A stretch of DNA of 64,000 bases, taken from Sphyrna mokarran (Eukaryota). Below are positions 1 to 12,657 of this stretch, piece after piece (positions within the stretch are counted from its first letter, which is position 1; each line of letters opens with the position of its first letter). The stretch lies in assembly GCA_024679065.1 (NCBI GenBank), contig JAGIQG010000013.1, positions 23,994,001-24,058,000 of the forward strand, read 5' to 3'. The position numbers and the translations under genes are program-made. The notes under the pieces were generated by a model. It worked only from the letters and a program-made list of their open reading frames with translations, had not been told where the DNA came from and did not search any database.

Positions 1-99
1 CCTGAAGTAATTTGCTTTTGTCACTGACTGTTAAGCTTTTGGAACGATTTGAGATCATGAAAGGGATTACAAAAAGGCAAATTCTTCCTCTTTTTTTCT

Positions 100-360
100 A
101 TCACTTTGTACACAGCAAGATCCCACTAGGAAATGGTGTAACAGAGCATTTTTTAAAAAGTCATTTTGATTGTTTTTATTTTGATCGTTATTTTTCACAT
201 TATGATATAAAATCGTTTCTGTTGCACTTAGAGATCAAAGATGAACTTGGTGTAACATCTTACCAAGAGATGGCACTCCCAGCAATGCAGGAGATTATGT
301 GCTCAATATCAAACCCATAATCTCTCATTCTGAGGCAAGATTGCTGCCACTAAACCAAGA
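100..360 (-). mobile_element. Degenerate DeuSINE-like tRNA SINE
   Basis: cacagcaagatcccac ... ggcactccc ... ctgaggcaagattgctgccac; similar to 48990-49290. Confidence 0.45.
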
Positions 361-879
361 TTACATGCACTTCAAGATGCAATAACTGACTTGCACTGTC
401 TATCAGACAGCTGCAAGCAGACCTCTTCAAGGAGGTTCTCACCTTAAGTAGGATCTGAGCCTCTTGCCAAATAATTCCTGTTGTCATGGAACTGCTTTGG
501 CAATAAATTCAATCTGTCTGTATTTGCCATGCAGTTCTTCTCTACCACCACTAAAGGTTCCATTTGGAAAATACTTTGTACTAAAAATATAATCTGTCTA
601 GCTTTCTGAGCACAGAGGGTGTAGGGACAGCACTTAACTCATGATTGTAGCATGGGACCAAGTGTGTTCTGTATAACTGGAGGTCTCTGCTCCTTAACAG
701 TTGTCCCTTACCATGGAGCCAAGCAACATTGCACAGAGTGCCTTGTGCAGTCAACTCTCTGTTCTTAAAGGCAGGCTTCCCCTCCTAAAATGAAGTGGCA
801 CTGAAGAATGAGGCTGGAATTTCTTTTAAAAATGGCAGAGAAATATTAGGACAGAAAGAGAGAGAATTTTTGAAAATGG

Positions 880-1222
880 GGTAGCATAGTGGCACAGTGG
901 TTAGCACTGCTGCCTCACACACCAGGGATCTGGATTCAATCCGTCTGTGTGAAGTTTGCACTTTCTCCTCGTGTCTATGTGGGTTTCCTCCTTGTGCTCT
1001 GCTTCCCTCCCACACCCCAAAGATATACAGATTAGATGGATTGGCCATGCAAAATTGCCCCTTAGTGCCCCAAGGTCTTTAGGTTAGATGGATTAGCCAT
1101 GGTAAATGTGTGAGATTATGGGAATAAAGCAGGGAAGTGAGCCTGGGAAGGATACTCTGTCAAAGAGTCAGCACAGATTCTATCAGCCAAATGACTTTTA
1201 TGCACTGTAAGGATTCTATGAT
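880..1222 (+). mobile_element. HE1-type V-SINE with CR1-type tail (type A)
   Basis: tRNA head GGCACAGTGGTTAGCACTGCTGCCTCAC, core GTTTGCAC.TTCTCC.CGTGTCT..GTGGGTTTCC, tail GCACTGTAAGGATTCTATGA. Confidence 0.88.
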
Positions 1223-2062
1223 TCACATGGGGAAACATCCAGGCATGAAAGGGCTCAGCCAGGCCAGGGATAAAGGATGGCTCATTTGTTAGCTCACTGG
1301 ACTTCTGCTGCGATGATGCACTGAAAATGAAGCTGTATCCTTTATTCCTCATGGTGGTTTCTCTGATCTTGGTCCATTCATTCCATATATATCCTCTGAG
1401 TGGAAAATAGTTTCTATGAAACTACATCAGACAATTTTCCAAATGATTCTCCTCAATGCATGCCACTGTGTGTCTTTTCAATCCTAATAGATATCTATGC
1501 TATCTAGCAGGAGTTTCAGGAAGTTAGGATGGTGATTCCCTGTCTTAGTTGTGTCCCATTTTCCATTTTAAGACAATGTAGAGATAGTAAAATCACTCTG
1601 TGGCACAAGACTGGAATGTCACTCAGGTTTCAAAAAGTGGTTCAGAATGGGGTCGAGAACAGCTGCCAATGATATAGTTAGAATGTGAGTCTTCCACTAT
1701 TTCCTTGTCTGGTTGGCTGTAAATAAAGGAACATTTGCAAGAAAGGGAAATACATGTCAATTGAATTCTGATACTTCCTAATGTTGCTAGTAACGGTGAT
1801 GCTGATGGTATGTCACACGATGATGGCATGACAGATGTATTAGGAAACTTAAACATCTTAAACATTACTGTGAGATTACTTGGTAAAGGCACAAGTGTTA
1901 CCTTGGCATCAAAGCTTCTACGTGCAGTTTAAAATTTGCAAAACCATACACTTTCCCTTATTCTCAAAGTGGGACTCCATATAGAAAACATTAATAGCAC
2001 TGAAAACCTGCAATTCAATAAAATCCAAAAAGAAAAGTTGGATTGCACTTTACTGGCAATGA

Positions 2063-3460
2063 GACCATCATTGGCTTGGCCATCATTCCCTGCCCATCCC
2101 TAATTGCCTTTGAGAAGAGGTTGTGAACCACTATAATCTGTATGGTATGGGTACACCCACAATTCTGTTTGGCAGGGGATTCCAGAATTTTGGATCCAGT
2201 AACAGTGAAAGAGTGGGTGTGTAGTTCCAAGTCAGGATTGGATGTGAGACCTGGAGTGGACTTGCAGTTAATGCTGCTCCCATACATCTGCTGCTCTGGT
2301 TCTTCTAGGTGGTAGGGGGTTGCAATTTGGAAGGTGTTGTCAAAATAGCCTTTGTGAGTTGTCACTGTGCCTTTTGAAAATGATATACACATTGCTGCCA
2401 CTGTGTGCCATTGGTGGAGGAAATAAACGTTAATGGGAATGGATGGGGTACTGATGAAGCTGAATGGTTATTAAGCTTCTTGAGTGTTGCGGGAGCTGCA
2501 CTAATCCAGTCCAGCAGTGAGTGTTTCATCAGATCCCAGCCATATGCCTTGTCGGTGGTGGACAGGCATTGTGGAATCAGGAGGTGAGTTATTTAATACA
2601 GGTTCTGTTCCTATGGCCACAGTATTTATATGACTGGTCAAGTTAAGCTTCTTGTCGAGGAGACAGCACAATGGTATAGTAGTTAGTACTGCTGCCTCAC
2701 ATCATGAGGGATTTGGGCTTAATTCCCAGATTGGATCACTGTCTGTGTGGAGTTTGCATATTCTCCCGTTTTTGCATATATTTCCTCAGTTGATCTGGTT
2801 CCTTACCACAATCTGAAAGACATGCTGGTTAGGTACATTGACCATACTAAATTCTCCGTCAGTATAACTGAACAGGTGCTGGAATATGATGACTAAGGGA
2901 TTTTCATAATAAATTCATCACAGTGTTAATGTCAGCTTACTTATGACTATTAATAAACTTTAATAGTAGCCCCTGATATGGTGATGGTCGGGGATACAGC
3001 AATGGAATGGTACTGAATGACAAAAGATATGTCTTGATTCTGTTCTGCTTTGGTAGTCATTACCTAACACTTGTATGCGTGAATGTTACTTGCCACGTAT
3101 CAGCACAAACCTGAATGTTGTTTGGGACTTGCTGCATTTAGACATGGATTCATTCTGAGGCACTGTGAATGCTAGTGAGTACTATTAATTAGTGAATCCC
3201 TGCACTAAGCTCACTATAGAAGCAGCTGAAGGTATTTGGGTCTAGGACACTATCCTGAGAAACTCCCACAGTGATGTTCTGAATGTGAGATAATTGAATT
3301 TCAATAACAATAACCATTTTCCTTCATACCGGGTATGACTTCAACCAGTGGGGAGAATTTCTCCCTGATTTCCACTGACTTCAATTTTGCCAAGGCTCCT
3401 TGATGCTTTCCTCGATCAGATGTTGCCTTGATGTCAAGGACAGTCAGTCTCACCACATGT
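2063..3460 (-). mobile_element. Old CR1/L2-group LINE 3' fragment, interrupted by a SINE at 2665-2960
   Basis: Reverse complement of the family at 44590-45790; RT remnant VRLTVLDIKATSDRGKHQGALAKLKS in ORF 3301..3570. Confidence 0.75.
2665..2962 (+). mobile_element. V-SINE with alternative tail (type B)
   Basis: Same head and core as type A; tail GATTTTCA..AA.TTCAT..CAGTGTTAATGT.AGC.TACTT.TGAC.ATTAATAAACTTT. Confidence 0.85.
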
Positions 3461-3660
3461 TTTGAAATCGCTGCCAACATTTTGGAGATTTTGGAAGTAA
3501 ATTTAATGTAGCCGCAAACTTGTGAAAACAGAACATTTGCAATCCGGATGTGTAACAGTAACCAACTCATCAGCTGGTTGATGTTTCTTAAATCTGGTAT
3601 TGCCTAATATAAATCTAAGACAAGAACATTTAGTATGTTTGTCACATCTACCATTTCTAT

Positions 3661-4508
3661 GACCCCTATTTTACTATTTTGATTCTAAGTGCTGAGTGGA
3701 CTTGAAACTGAGAGTGTTTCAGATCCAACTTTTCGACCCATTCTCAGTTGCCCCCATATCACTCTACCTGAAAAAAAATCTGCAATTCCAAATTGCACTG
3801 TAGAAAGCTATGCGAGGGGCTTAACACGCCGGAAAACCTGCAGCTCGAATTGGCTGCACATGTGCAGAAAAAGAATGATAGAATGCGGCCAACTTGCCAC
3901 TTTGCTCCCAGGCTGGATAATATCTCCCCCTGACCCCCACAGACATTGTCCCACCCCCACAATATTACTGACCCGCTTACCTGCTACCCCTTCTAACACT
4001 CAGGGAAAACATGGGTCCCTCCTCCCTTCCACTCCACCAATCTCAGACAGAGTGACTGCGGGCCCCCTTTCCCTCTCACTGGTATTAAGCAGATGGAAGT
4101 GAACCCCCTTTCCCCTTCGTTGATCTCAGAGTGGCAATGGACCCCCCTTCCCCTTACTGATCATGGGCAGAGTGGCAGTGGACGTCCCTTTGCCCCCCAG
4201 TCCCCACCCATCCACCCACTGATCTCAAGCAGAGAGCTGTTGGACACTCAGCACTTACAGCCTCACCAACTAGAGCACCCAAATCGGAGTTTTGTAGAGT
4301 TGTCTGTTTTGTACCGAATCTGGATGGATGAATGCATACAAATGTGTTTAAGTGAGTGCTGTGTCCATTTTGGGTGTGGTCCTGATCATGGCTATTTTTG
4401 AGCTTTGGTAAAGGGGGAATTGCTGTGGAGGTGGGCGCAGATCACACTACGTGCCTTACACCTGGTTTTACTAGGTTTTCACATGTAATGTGATGTAGAA
4501 TCGGGTCC
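3661..4508. mobile_element. ~850-bp non-autonomous DNA transposon (PIF/Harbinger-like MITE), copy 1
   Basis: Collinear with 31069-31905; degenerate TIRs gacccctattttactat / atgtagaatcgggtcc; internal C-rich subrepeats. Confidence 0.75.
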
Positions 4509-4579
4509 AATGAGTCTAGTTTATATTGCTCTTTGTTAAAAGTAGTGATTGAGATGATACAATTCATCATTAGTTTCAC

Positions 4580-4772
4580 TCCGGGTTTCCTTCAGATATT
4601 CCAGTTTCCTCTCGCATCCAAAGACATGTAGTTAGGTGCATTGGCCATGCTAAGTTCTCCCTCAGTATACCCTTACAAGCTCTGGAGTGTGGTGACTAGG
4701 AGATTTTCACAATAACTTCATTACAGTGTTGATGTAAACCTACTTGTGACTAATGAATAAACTTTACTTTAC
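4580..4772 (+). mobile_element. 5'-truncated V-SINE type B
   Basis: Core remnant plus type B tail ending aataaactttactttac. Confidence 0.8.
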
Positions 4773-5757
4773 TTAGATGTAGTTGCTCAATGAGGTTAAG
4801 GTATTGTTGTAGCCTGTAGTAAATACATTGCCTTTTGGGGTAATATGTCTTCTCTGTATGGTAGGTATCTGACTGCTTATTCATTTAGTTTTATTTGCTG
4901 TGTATTAATACTTTTAATTGGACCAAAAATTGTAACCTGCTCATTTCAATATCTATTGCACTACTATTTGGTTTGTGTTTGGTAACTCTGTTACACCAGT
5001 ACTTTCTTTATAGTGGATGTCATTAATATAGTGTGAGCTATTAGATAATCATTGGCAGAATTGTGACTAATGCTTTAGACTTTAAATGATGGTTAATTAG
5101 ATAAAATACTGCAAAAAACAAATTTCTTGCATTAATGTATATGAAAATGTTATAATCCTGAGAGGAATTTTAAAGCAGTGAATTCAAATGCTAAATGGTT
5201 TTTTGATGTCAATCAAGATGACTAAATATTAATACAAACTTAGCACTTCCGTTAATTCTAGCACAGTCATCTGCCATAAGTTTTCAAGTTGGCTCAGAAC
5301 TCATTCCTTCAAGTTCAGATGCAATGAAAATGGCGACATAGAAATTCAATAGCGACTTGCCCATTGTTCAGACACAGAAAGGTTATGTAAATATCCATTG
5401 TGATTTGTAGTGTGAATCTTCTCATGGAAGGACTGCTGCAGACCATTAGTAAAGAATTAAGTTTGTAAAACAATACTTACCTGAATGTACATCCAGGAGG
5501 TGCAACTGTCCTATACTTGGCTCTACTGCAGTGCTGAAGACCAGTAGCCTCTGCTCTGCATCCTATTTTCCCTTCCTTATTGTTGTCCTCCTTCCTCTGT
5601 TGATTGTTACCTGTCCCTCTTCTGATTGCTTTTTCCTTCCTTTCTGCTCCCACTCACTGTCCTCTTTCCAATCACTGCCTCCGTTCCCTCCCCTGAATAA
5701 TTCTCCTGATCATAATCTTCTTCATGATTACTTCTCCCTCCTCTATTGATAACTGAG

Positions 5758-6100
5758 GGCGGCACAGTGGCACCATGGTTTGCATCTCTGCCTTACAGCA
5801 CCAAAGACCCAAGTTCAACCCTAGTCTTGGGTCACTGTCTGTGTGGAATTTGCATGTTCTCCCCGTGTCTGCAAGGGTTTCCTATGGGTGCTCCGGTTTA
5901 CTTTCACAGTCCAAAGATGTGCAGGTTAGGTGGATTGGCCATGCTAAATTGCCCCTTAATATCCCAACATGCCTAGGTCTATGTGATTAACAGGGTCAAT
6001 CCACAGGATTATAGGGATAGAGTCTGGATAAAATGCCCTGTGGGAGAATTGGTGTAGGCTTGATGGGCTGAATGGCCTCTTTCTGCACTCTATGATTCTC
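5758..6100 (+). mobile_element. V-SINE type A
   Basis: Head, core and tail GATGGGCTGAATGGCCTCTTTCTGCACTCTATGATTCT. Confidence 0.88.
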
Positions 6101-6311
6101 TGAATCCTTCTGCTCTTCAGTGGATCTGCAATTTTTTTTTCCATTGAGGAAAAGTCATTTAAAAGGTAAGTCTTGGGAAAAGGAATTCTTGAGGAGCATG
6201 ACATTTTGATGTGCTGATAATGAAATATCCAGTTATGAATTGGAAGGCTTTAGAGATATTTAATCTTCAATTAGTTCTTGTTGCTCTATTCTGTAAAGTT
6301 CTGCCTTTAAA

Positions 6312-6625
6312 TCATAAAATCTCTACAGTGCAGAAGAGGCTATTCGGCCCATTGAGTCTACCAACTCTCCGACAGAGCATTCCTCCCACATCCTATCTCT
6401 GCAAGCCCACATGTTTACCTTAATAGTCCTCCCAATCTACACATTTTGAGACACTAAGGGGCAATTTATCATGGCCAATCCACCTAACTTGCCCATTTTT
6501 GGTGTGTGGAGGAAACCGGAGTGCACAGAGGAAACCTGGACAGACAGAGGGAGAAGGTGCAAACTCCACTTAAGGCTGGAATCAAATCCAAGAACCTGGA
6601 GCTGTGGGGCAGCAGTACTAACCAC
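6312..6625 (-). mobile_element. V-SINE type A
   Basis: Reverse complement of the type A consensus. Confidence 0.85.
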
Positions 6626-7104
6626 AAATCTAACCTAGATCCACCACTTTGCCATCCCTGCACTTCAGTGGTAGATCTAGGGAAGGAAAGTGTCATATTT
6701 CAGGTGAAGAATGATGCCTCATATAAAAATGCCCCCTGTATCAAATCTATTTGGGTATTTCAGTTGCAATTCTTGAAAAGACACAATATGGTCATGCTTG
6801 TCTTGATCATCTGGCATTGATGCTTTATTGATCTCCTTAATTGTCATAATCCAGAGTTTACTGTATGCAAGTAGTTGTACTATCACTTGTCCAATGGTGC
6901 CAATGTTTTAGAAGACTTCTGGTGACCATGTATACCAGCATCTCAAATCAACACCCCCACGTATTAGATTGGAAAATCATTGAATGCGTTGAATGTGCTC
7001 TTGTTGGTTATTACATAGACTTCCACTTTGTCAGGTATATGGCTTTGAGTATCTGCAACGTTAGAATATCAGCAACTGCTCCAGTATCTATATCTTCAGT
7101 CAGA

Positions 7105-7400
7105 CGGGTAGTACTGTAGTTAGCATTGCTGCCTCACAACTCCAGGGACTTGGGTTCAATTCCCGACTTTGGTCACTATCTGTGCGGTCTGCAGGTTCTC
7201 CTTGTGTTTGCATGGGTTTTCTCTGGGTGCTTCGGTTTCCTTCCACAATCCAAAAATGTACGGGTTAGGTGAATTGGCTATGTAAATTCTCCCTCAGTGT
7301 ACCCAAACAGTTGCCAGAACGTGGCGACTAGGCGATTTTCACAATAACTTCATTGCAATGTTAATGTAAGCCTACTTATGCCATTAATAAATAAACTTAA
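7105..7400 (+). mobile_element. V-SINE type B
   Basis: B-box GGTTCAATTCC, core and type B tail. Confidence 0.88.
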
Positions 7401-7484
7401 AAAACTTGTGCCTGCCACTTTTATGAGGATATATGGCCAGTGCCAATTGGGTCCGCCATCCACTCTGATATAGCAATCTAAACA

Positions 7485-7792
7485 GGCAGCATGGTGGAAC
7501 AGGGGTTAGCCTTGCTGCTTCACAGTACCAGGGACCCGGATTCAATTCCAGCCTCAGGTCACTGTTTTTGTGGAGTTTGCATGTTCTCCCTGTGTCTGCC
7601 TGAGCTTACTCCAATTTCCTCCCAACGTCCAAAGATGTGTGGGTTAGGTTGATTCGCCATGCTGAATTGTCTTTTAGTGTCAGGGAGATTAGTGAGATGG
7701 ATAAATGGGGCTGAGAAGATAGGGCCCAGGTGGAATTGCAGTCGGTGCATGTTCTTTGGGCTGAATGGCATCCTTCTGCAGTGGAGGAATTC
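7485..7792 (+). mobile_element. V-SINE type A
   Basis: Head, core and tail gggctgaatggcatccttctgca. Confidence 0.85.
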
Positions 7793-8744
7793 TGGAGGGA
7801 GGCTGCTAAAAACCAATCTCAGGGCCTACATGTTATAATACAAATGAAAATGTACGAATAGAATTGATTAGAAACATAATGAGAACATTATGATTCCACT
7901 CCGTATTAAAATCTATTGTCACTGGAAACAATAGCAACCATTTGAGCAAGTCATGTTCCGAAAGTCAGGAGAAAGGTACACATCGTGTCTGCAACATGAC
8001 AAGCAGAGTAGCTCAGACTGACATTGAAAGGGAAATAAAAGCAGAAGGAAAATGAAAACAAAGTAAAGACAAAGCGCTTGGTTTAAATTAACTCATGGCT
8101 TCTTTTACATTATTGCTTCAGGTTTTCCGTCCTGCATTCGTTCTATTTTCTGCAGCCAATTTCATGCTAAGTTTGACATGTTGTATATTATTCCGTTCTG
8201 CTTCATCGCCTTTGTAGTTACTTGCGTGCGACAAATTTAACCTCTAGTTGAAGTAATGGAAATGAGTCTCCATGCAAATGTAATAGTTTATTAAGGACAT
8301 GGCACGCTTAAAACTCCAGATGGAACGAAATGGAACAGACTAATAAACAAATTGCCATGCTGAATTTCAAAATGCATCTCAAAAAAGTCATGTTCTACTT
8401 ATTCATGCCTTGGATGAAAATATTATAACAATTTCATTACGTTCATCTCACATTTACTGTCAGTGAGTTACACCCGCCACTTATTGCTAATTGCTTCATC
8501 TTTTCAATAACTTCTTGTTGTAATTGTTGACTTCCTTTTTTGGTCACACAATGTTAATTTGTGTTAGAAGAGCACCTATTTGGGGATTGGAGGGATCTTT
8601 AATTTCTATCTTTTGTCTGTAGGTGAAAACTGGACGACAGGGATTCAGCTATCAGGTTTACCCAGATTAAGAGGACATGGAGTAGGTTTAATTCGATGAT
8701 GGAGCAAGAATATGGGAGTGGATGGAGAGAAGGTGGAAAAGGGG

Positions 8745-9048
8745 AGGCATGGTGGCTTAGTGGGCTAGCAATGCTGCCTCAGTACCAGGGACCTGGGTTT
8801 GATTCCCGGCTTGGGCCACTTTCTGTGTGGAGTCTGCATGTTCTTCCCGTGTCTGTGTGGGTTTCCTTCAGGTGTTCCGGTTTCCTCCCACAGTCCAAAA
8901 GACTTGCTGGTTAGGTGCACTGGTCATACTAAATTCCCCCTCAGTGTTCCCGAACAGGAACCGAAGTGTAGCAATTAGGGGATTTTCACAGTAACTTCAT
9001 TGCAATGTTAATATAAGCCTACTTGTGACACTAATAAATAATAAATAA
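8745..9048 (+). mobile_element. V-SINE type B
   Basis: Head, core and tail cctacttgtgacactaataaataataaataaa. Confidence 0.88.
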
Positions 9049-9857
9049 AGGATAGGGAGCACAGACAAGAGAAAAAAGGCAGGAAGGGATGAGGATATGG
9101 AAGGGGAAAGGAGTGGAGAGAAAATAAGGTAGGGGTTCAAAAATCTTTGCTGTTGCGATACTTTGAAACTTTGTCCCCTTCTAAGTGAGATGCTTTCCCA
9201 ACTGCTCCTGTCCTCAACTCAGTACTTTTCCATGAGCTTTGCCTCATCTTTCCTACAAATGCCCACTGAGAGGTGTGGGGAAGCATAGCTCAGTGAGGGT
9301 GTTGGAAGCTACCCAACGAGAGGATCAACATCACAAACCTCCTTTAAAATTGATGTAAATGCAAAAAGTAATGGAAATTCTCAAGTTTTCGCTTATTAGG
9401 ATTTCCAAAAAGCTTTTCAAAAAGTTCCACATGCAATAATTCAACTGAGCTAAAGTCACCAGGTTTCAGGGGCTCCTGACACTGCCATTCTGGCACTACC
9501 ATCATGCCAAGGAACTGCCTACCTATCTCTCCTTCACCACTTGGGCCTTAAGCTTTTCTGTTCCACTTGCTTCTGAAAACCAGTAACGATTTGTTCTGAT
9601 GTGTTTCATGCCAGTTGGGTGGGATGAGAGGGGGATGTGAAACCCTATAATTATATTATAATGTATGCTAATCTATCTAAATTAGGTTTGTACCCTTCTT
9701 TGATCATGTCATGGTGAGATGCGGTGGTGGTAGGATGGGGGGGTTGGGGTGAGGAATGGGTTAGATTGCAATCATTAAGTATGTTTGATTCTCCACAGAC
9801 GCTATCACTCCTGATGAATATATCTAATGTCTTTTGTTTTTATTTTGCAAAAGAAAG

Positions 9858-10160
9858 GCATTGGTACAGTGGCCATTGGACTAATAATCCAGGGCAATGC
9901 TCTGGGAACCCAGGTTCGAATTCCACCATGGCAGATGATGAATTTAATAAGAATCTGCATATTTAAGTCTAATGGTGACCATGAAACCATTGTTGAATTT
10001 GCCACCTTTACCTGGCCTGGTCTACATGTGACTCCAGATCCACAGCAATATGATTAACTCTCCGAAACGATTAACAAGCCACTCAAGAACAATTAGGAAT
10101 GGACAACAAATGCTGGTTTTGTTGGTGACACCCATGTCCCATGAATGAATAAATAAAAAA
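9858..10160 (+). mobile_element. tRNA-derived SINE of a second family (MetaSINE/SlmI-like by recall)
   Basis: B-box GGTTCGAATTCC; core cctggtctacatgtgactccaga; tail matches the 3' end of the old LINE at 47895-47950; second copy at 18770-19090. Confidence 0.75.
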
Positions 10161-11684
10161 CTAATTCTTTCGGAATTTTTTTTGACCCCTTATGTCAATG
10201 TCTTCTTGGTCTCAGTGCACGCATCTCTGCTGCTTAGCAGCTGTAAGCCTGGCAAGATTACTGAAGAGGGAAACATCGCAGGAGTTGTAAAACTGAACAG
10301 TATGTAACAGGCAAATTAATGGCAAATTTAACATTGATAAATGTTAACTTTTTCTTATTACAATGGTGAACATCCCAAGTTATCAATGAATGGAAGTGAC
10401 CTGGCAAAAGAAGGTGCAGAAAGGGATCAGGAGGCAATAGCAGACTTATTAGTAATAATGTCTAGACAAAATCCTTTTCATTGGCTACAGTCACTGCTGC
10501 TTTCCTTACTCCCAGACCAAAATTCCTATCTTTGCTATAGTGATTTAAAAAACTGATTTGGAAAACCAAATTTGGGGGAATTTGCTACTTATCAGTGTTT
10601 ATACTTCAGTGACAGTTCTCTAAGCCATTCCAAAATAAGTCCAACAATCAGTAGTAAAAATGTTTAAAATGTTTTGTGCTTATTAAGGCCTTGCTGAGGG
10701 ACAATGTAGGAAGCACAAAAGATAGAAAATTTGGCCACTCTTCAAAAATTGAGCATTTAGTGTGGTTGAAAACTGAATTGATAAGATAAATGAGAAAAAA
10801 AGCCTGAGCTTGAGAATTATGCATATAAAGTTATGTCTGAAAGAATGAATGAATAAATTTGATAATGTGGACAGCCGTTAGGACATGGAATGTTATCCCA
10901 GAATCAACGGTGGAAGCAGAATCTATAAAAAATTTTAAAAGGGAACTAGATTGAGCAATGTGGCTAAATAAATAGTTTCTCAGGCAGCCAGTGTATTGCA
11001 AAATTCCATATGGTAAGGAACAGTATATAAAGCCTGAGTGAATATAAAAATGTAATTTTTCCTCCCAGATGAACTGCTATGATTCTTATGTTCATGCTGG
11101 AATCATAGAATGACGCAGCACTGATATACCATTCTATCCATTATATACTGGCTCCTTGGAAAGGTTATGTAATCAGTCACACTCCCATGCTCTTTCCATT
11201 TGGCTTTGCAAATCTTTTCCTTTTAAGTACTTATCCAATTTTCTGTTAAAAGTTATTACCAAATCTATTTCCTTCACACTTTCAGACAACGAGTTTTCGA
11301 TCATAACAACTTGCTTGGTTTTCTCATCTCTTTCCCCTTGGCCTTTTGAAAAACACCTTACATTTGTGTCTCCTGACTGTTGACCCAGTGGGCGGAATTC
11401 CCCAGTGTCGTCCGCAACGGGACCCATTTCGAGCGAGAACAGAAATGTTGGTGTTCCAGCCAAAACCCCATTCACTCCAACAGTTTTGGAAAATATTATT
11501 TGTGAACGAGGTTAGATTTCGGCTTCTGCCTCTGGAAACAGTTCCTCCTTCTTTGTGCTATCAAAACCATATATGGACTTTGTGATTTTTCTGAAACCAG
11601 GCTATATCGATGTATGGTTAAAAAAAATAAATTGGCTTACATAAGATTAGGTGCACAGTTAGATAGAATTACAAAATGTCTTTG

Positions 11685-11918
11685 TGTGAGACTTAAGTTT
11701 AGAGGAGACGTACGAGGCGAGTTTTTTACATAGTGCGTGGTGAATGTCTAGAAGGTAGTGGGAGCAGGTACGATAGTGGCATTTAAGAGGTAACCAGATG
11801 TGTTTGTGAGTAAGATGGGATTGGAAAGATATGGACTCCATAAGACAGGCATCATGGTTAGTGTGGGCTTGGAGGTCTGAAGGGCTTGTTCCTGTACTCT
11901 ACTGTTCTTTGTTTTTTT
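11685..11918 (+). mobile_element. CR1 LINE 3' end
   Basis: ORF2 C-terminal remnant followed by tail gaagggcttgttcctgtactctactgttctttg. Confidence 0.75.
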
Positions 11919-12424
11919 GTGACAAAAAGAATTGTTGTAAAGCTCTACAAAAATCGACATATAGAAAATGAACACTTAGCCAGGATACGGGCGGATTGGA
12001 AATGATGATAGCTGAAGGAATGACTTTTGTGAAGTATTTTAAGGTGGAGAGTTTAAGAGCAGGATTTCCAAAAGTTAAACTGAGGTGATAGAAGACTCTG
12101 TCACCATGGTGGGATTATTAGGTTAGACGTAGGGGCATAATACATAGAAAGCCAAAAGCAAAGGTACAGAAAGTATTCAGGAGGGGACACATGCTGGAGA
12201 GAATTGCAGACGTAGTATGTAATAGACATAATGAAGAGATTTAGGAATCTAGACAAAGGTTTTTCACATAATACAGTTGCGAACATGGAACCAGTGTAGA
12301 TCAGAGAGGACATGAAAGATGATACAAAGAACAGGAGTGAGAAAGGTTTCATTAGGACTGGGGCTGTGATAAAAGCAGAGATGAGAAACATTGCAGAGGT
12401 TGCAGATTATTGAATAGGCTTACA

Positions 12425-12657
12425 GTTTAAAGTTTATTTCTTGGTGTCGCAAGTAGGCTTATATTAACACTGCAATGAAGTTACTGCGAAAATCCCCTAG
12501 TTGTCTAACTTCTTGTGCCTATTCGAGAATACTGAGGGAGAGTCTAGCATGACCAATGCGCTTAACCGCCATGTCTTTCAGACTGTGGGAGATAAGTGAA
12601 GCACCTGAAGGAACACCATGCAGACACAGAAACAATGTGCAGACTCTGCACAGACAA
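12425..12657 (-). mobile_element. 5'-truncated V-SINE type B
   Basis: aagtaggctta.attaacactgcaatgaagttactg is the reverse complement of the type B tail. Confidence 0.82.

Noticed and set aside
5473-5483. U1 snRNA gene (ATACTTACCTG)
   Set aside because: Similarity stops after 11 nt, with no U1 body or Sm site; kept only as a minus-strand donor
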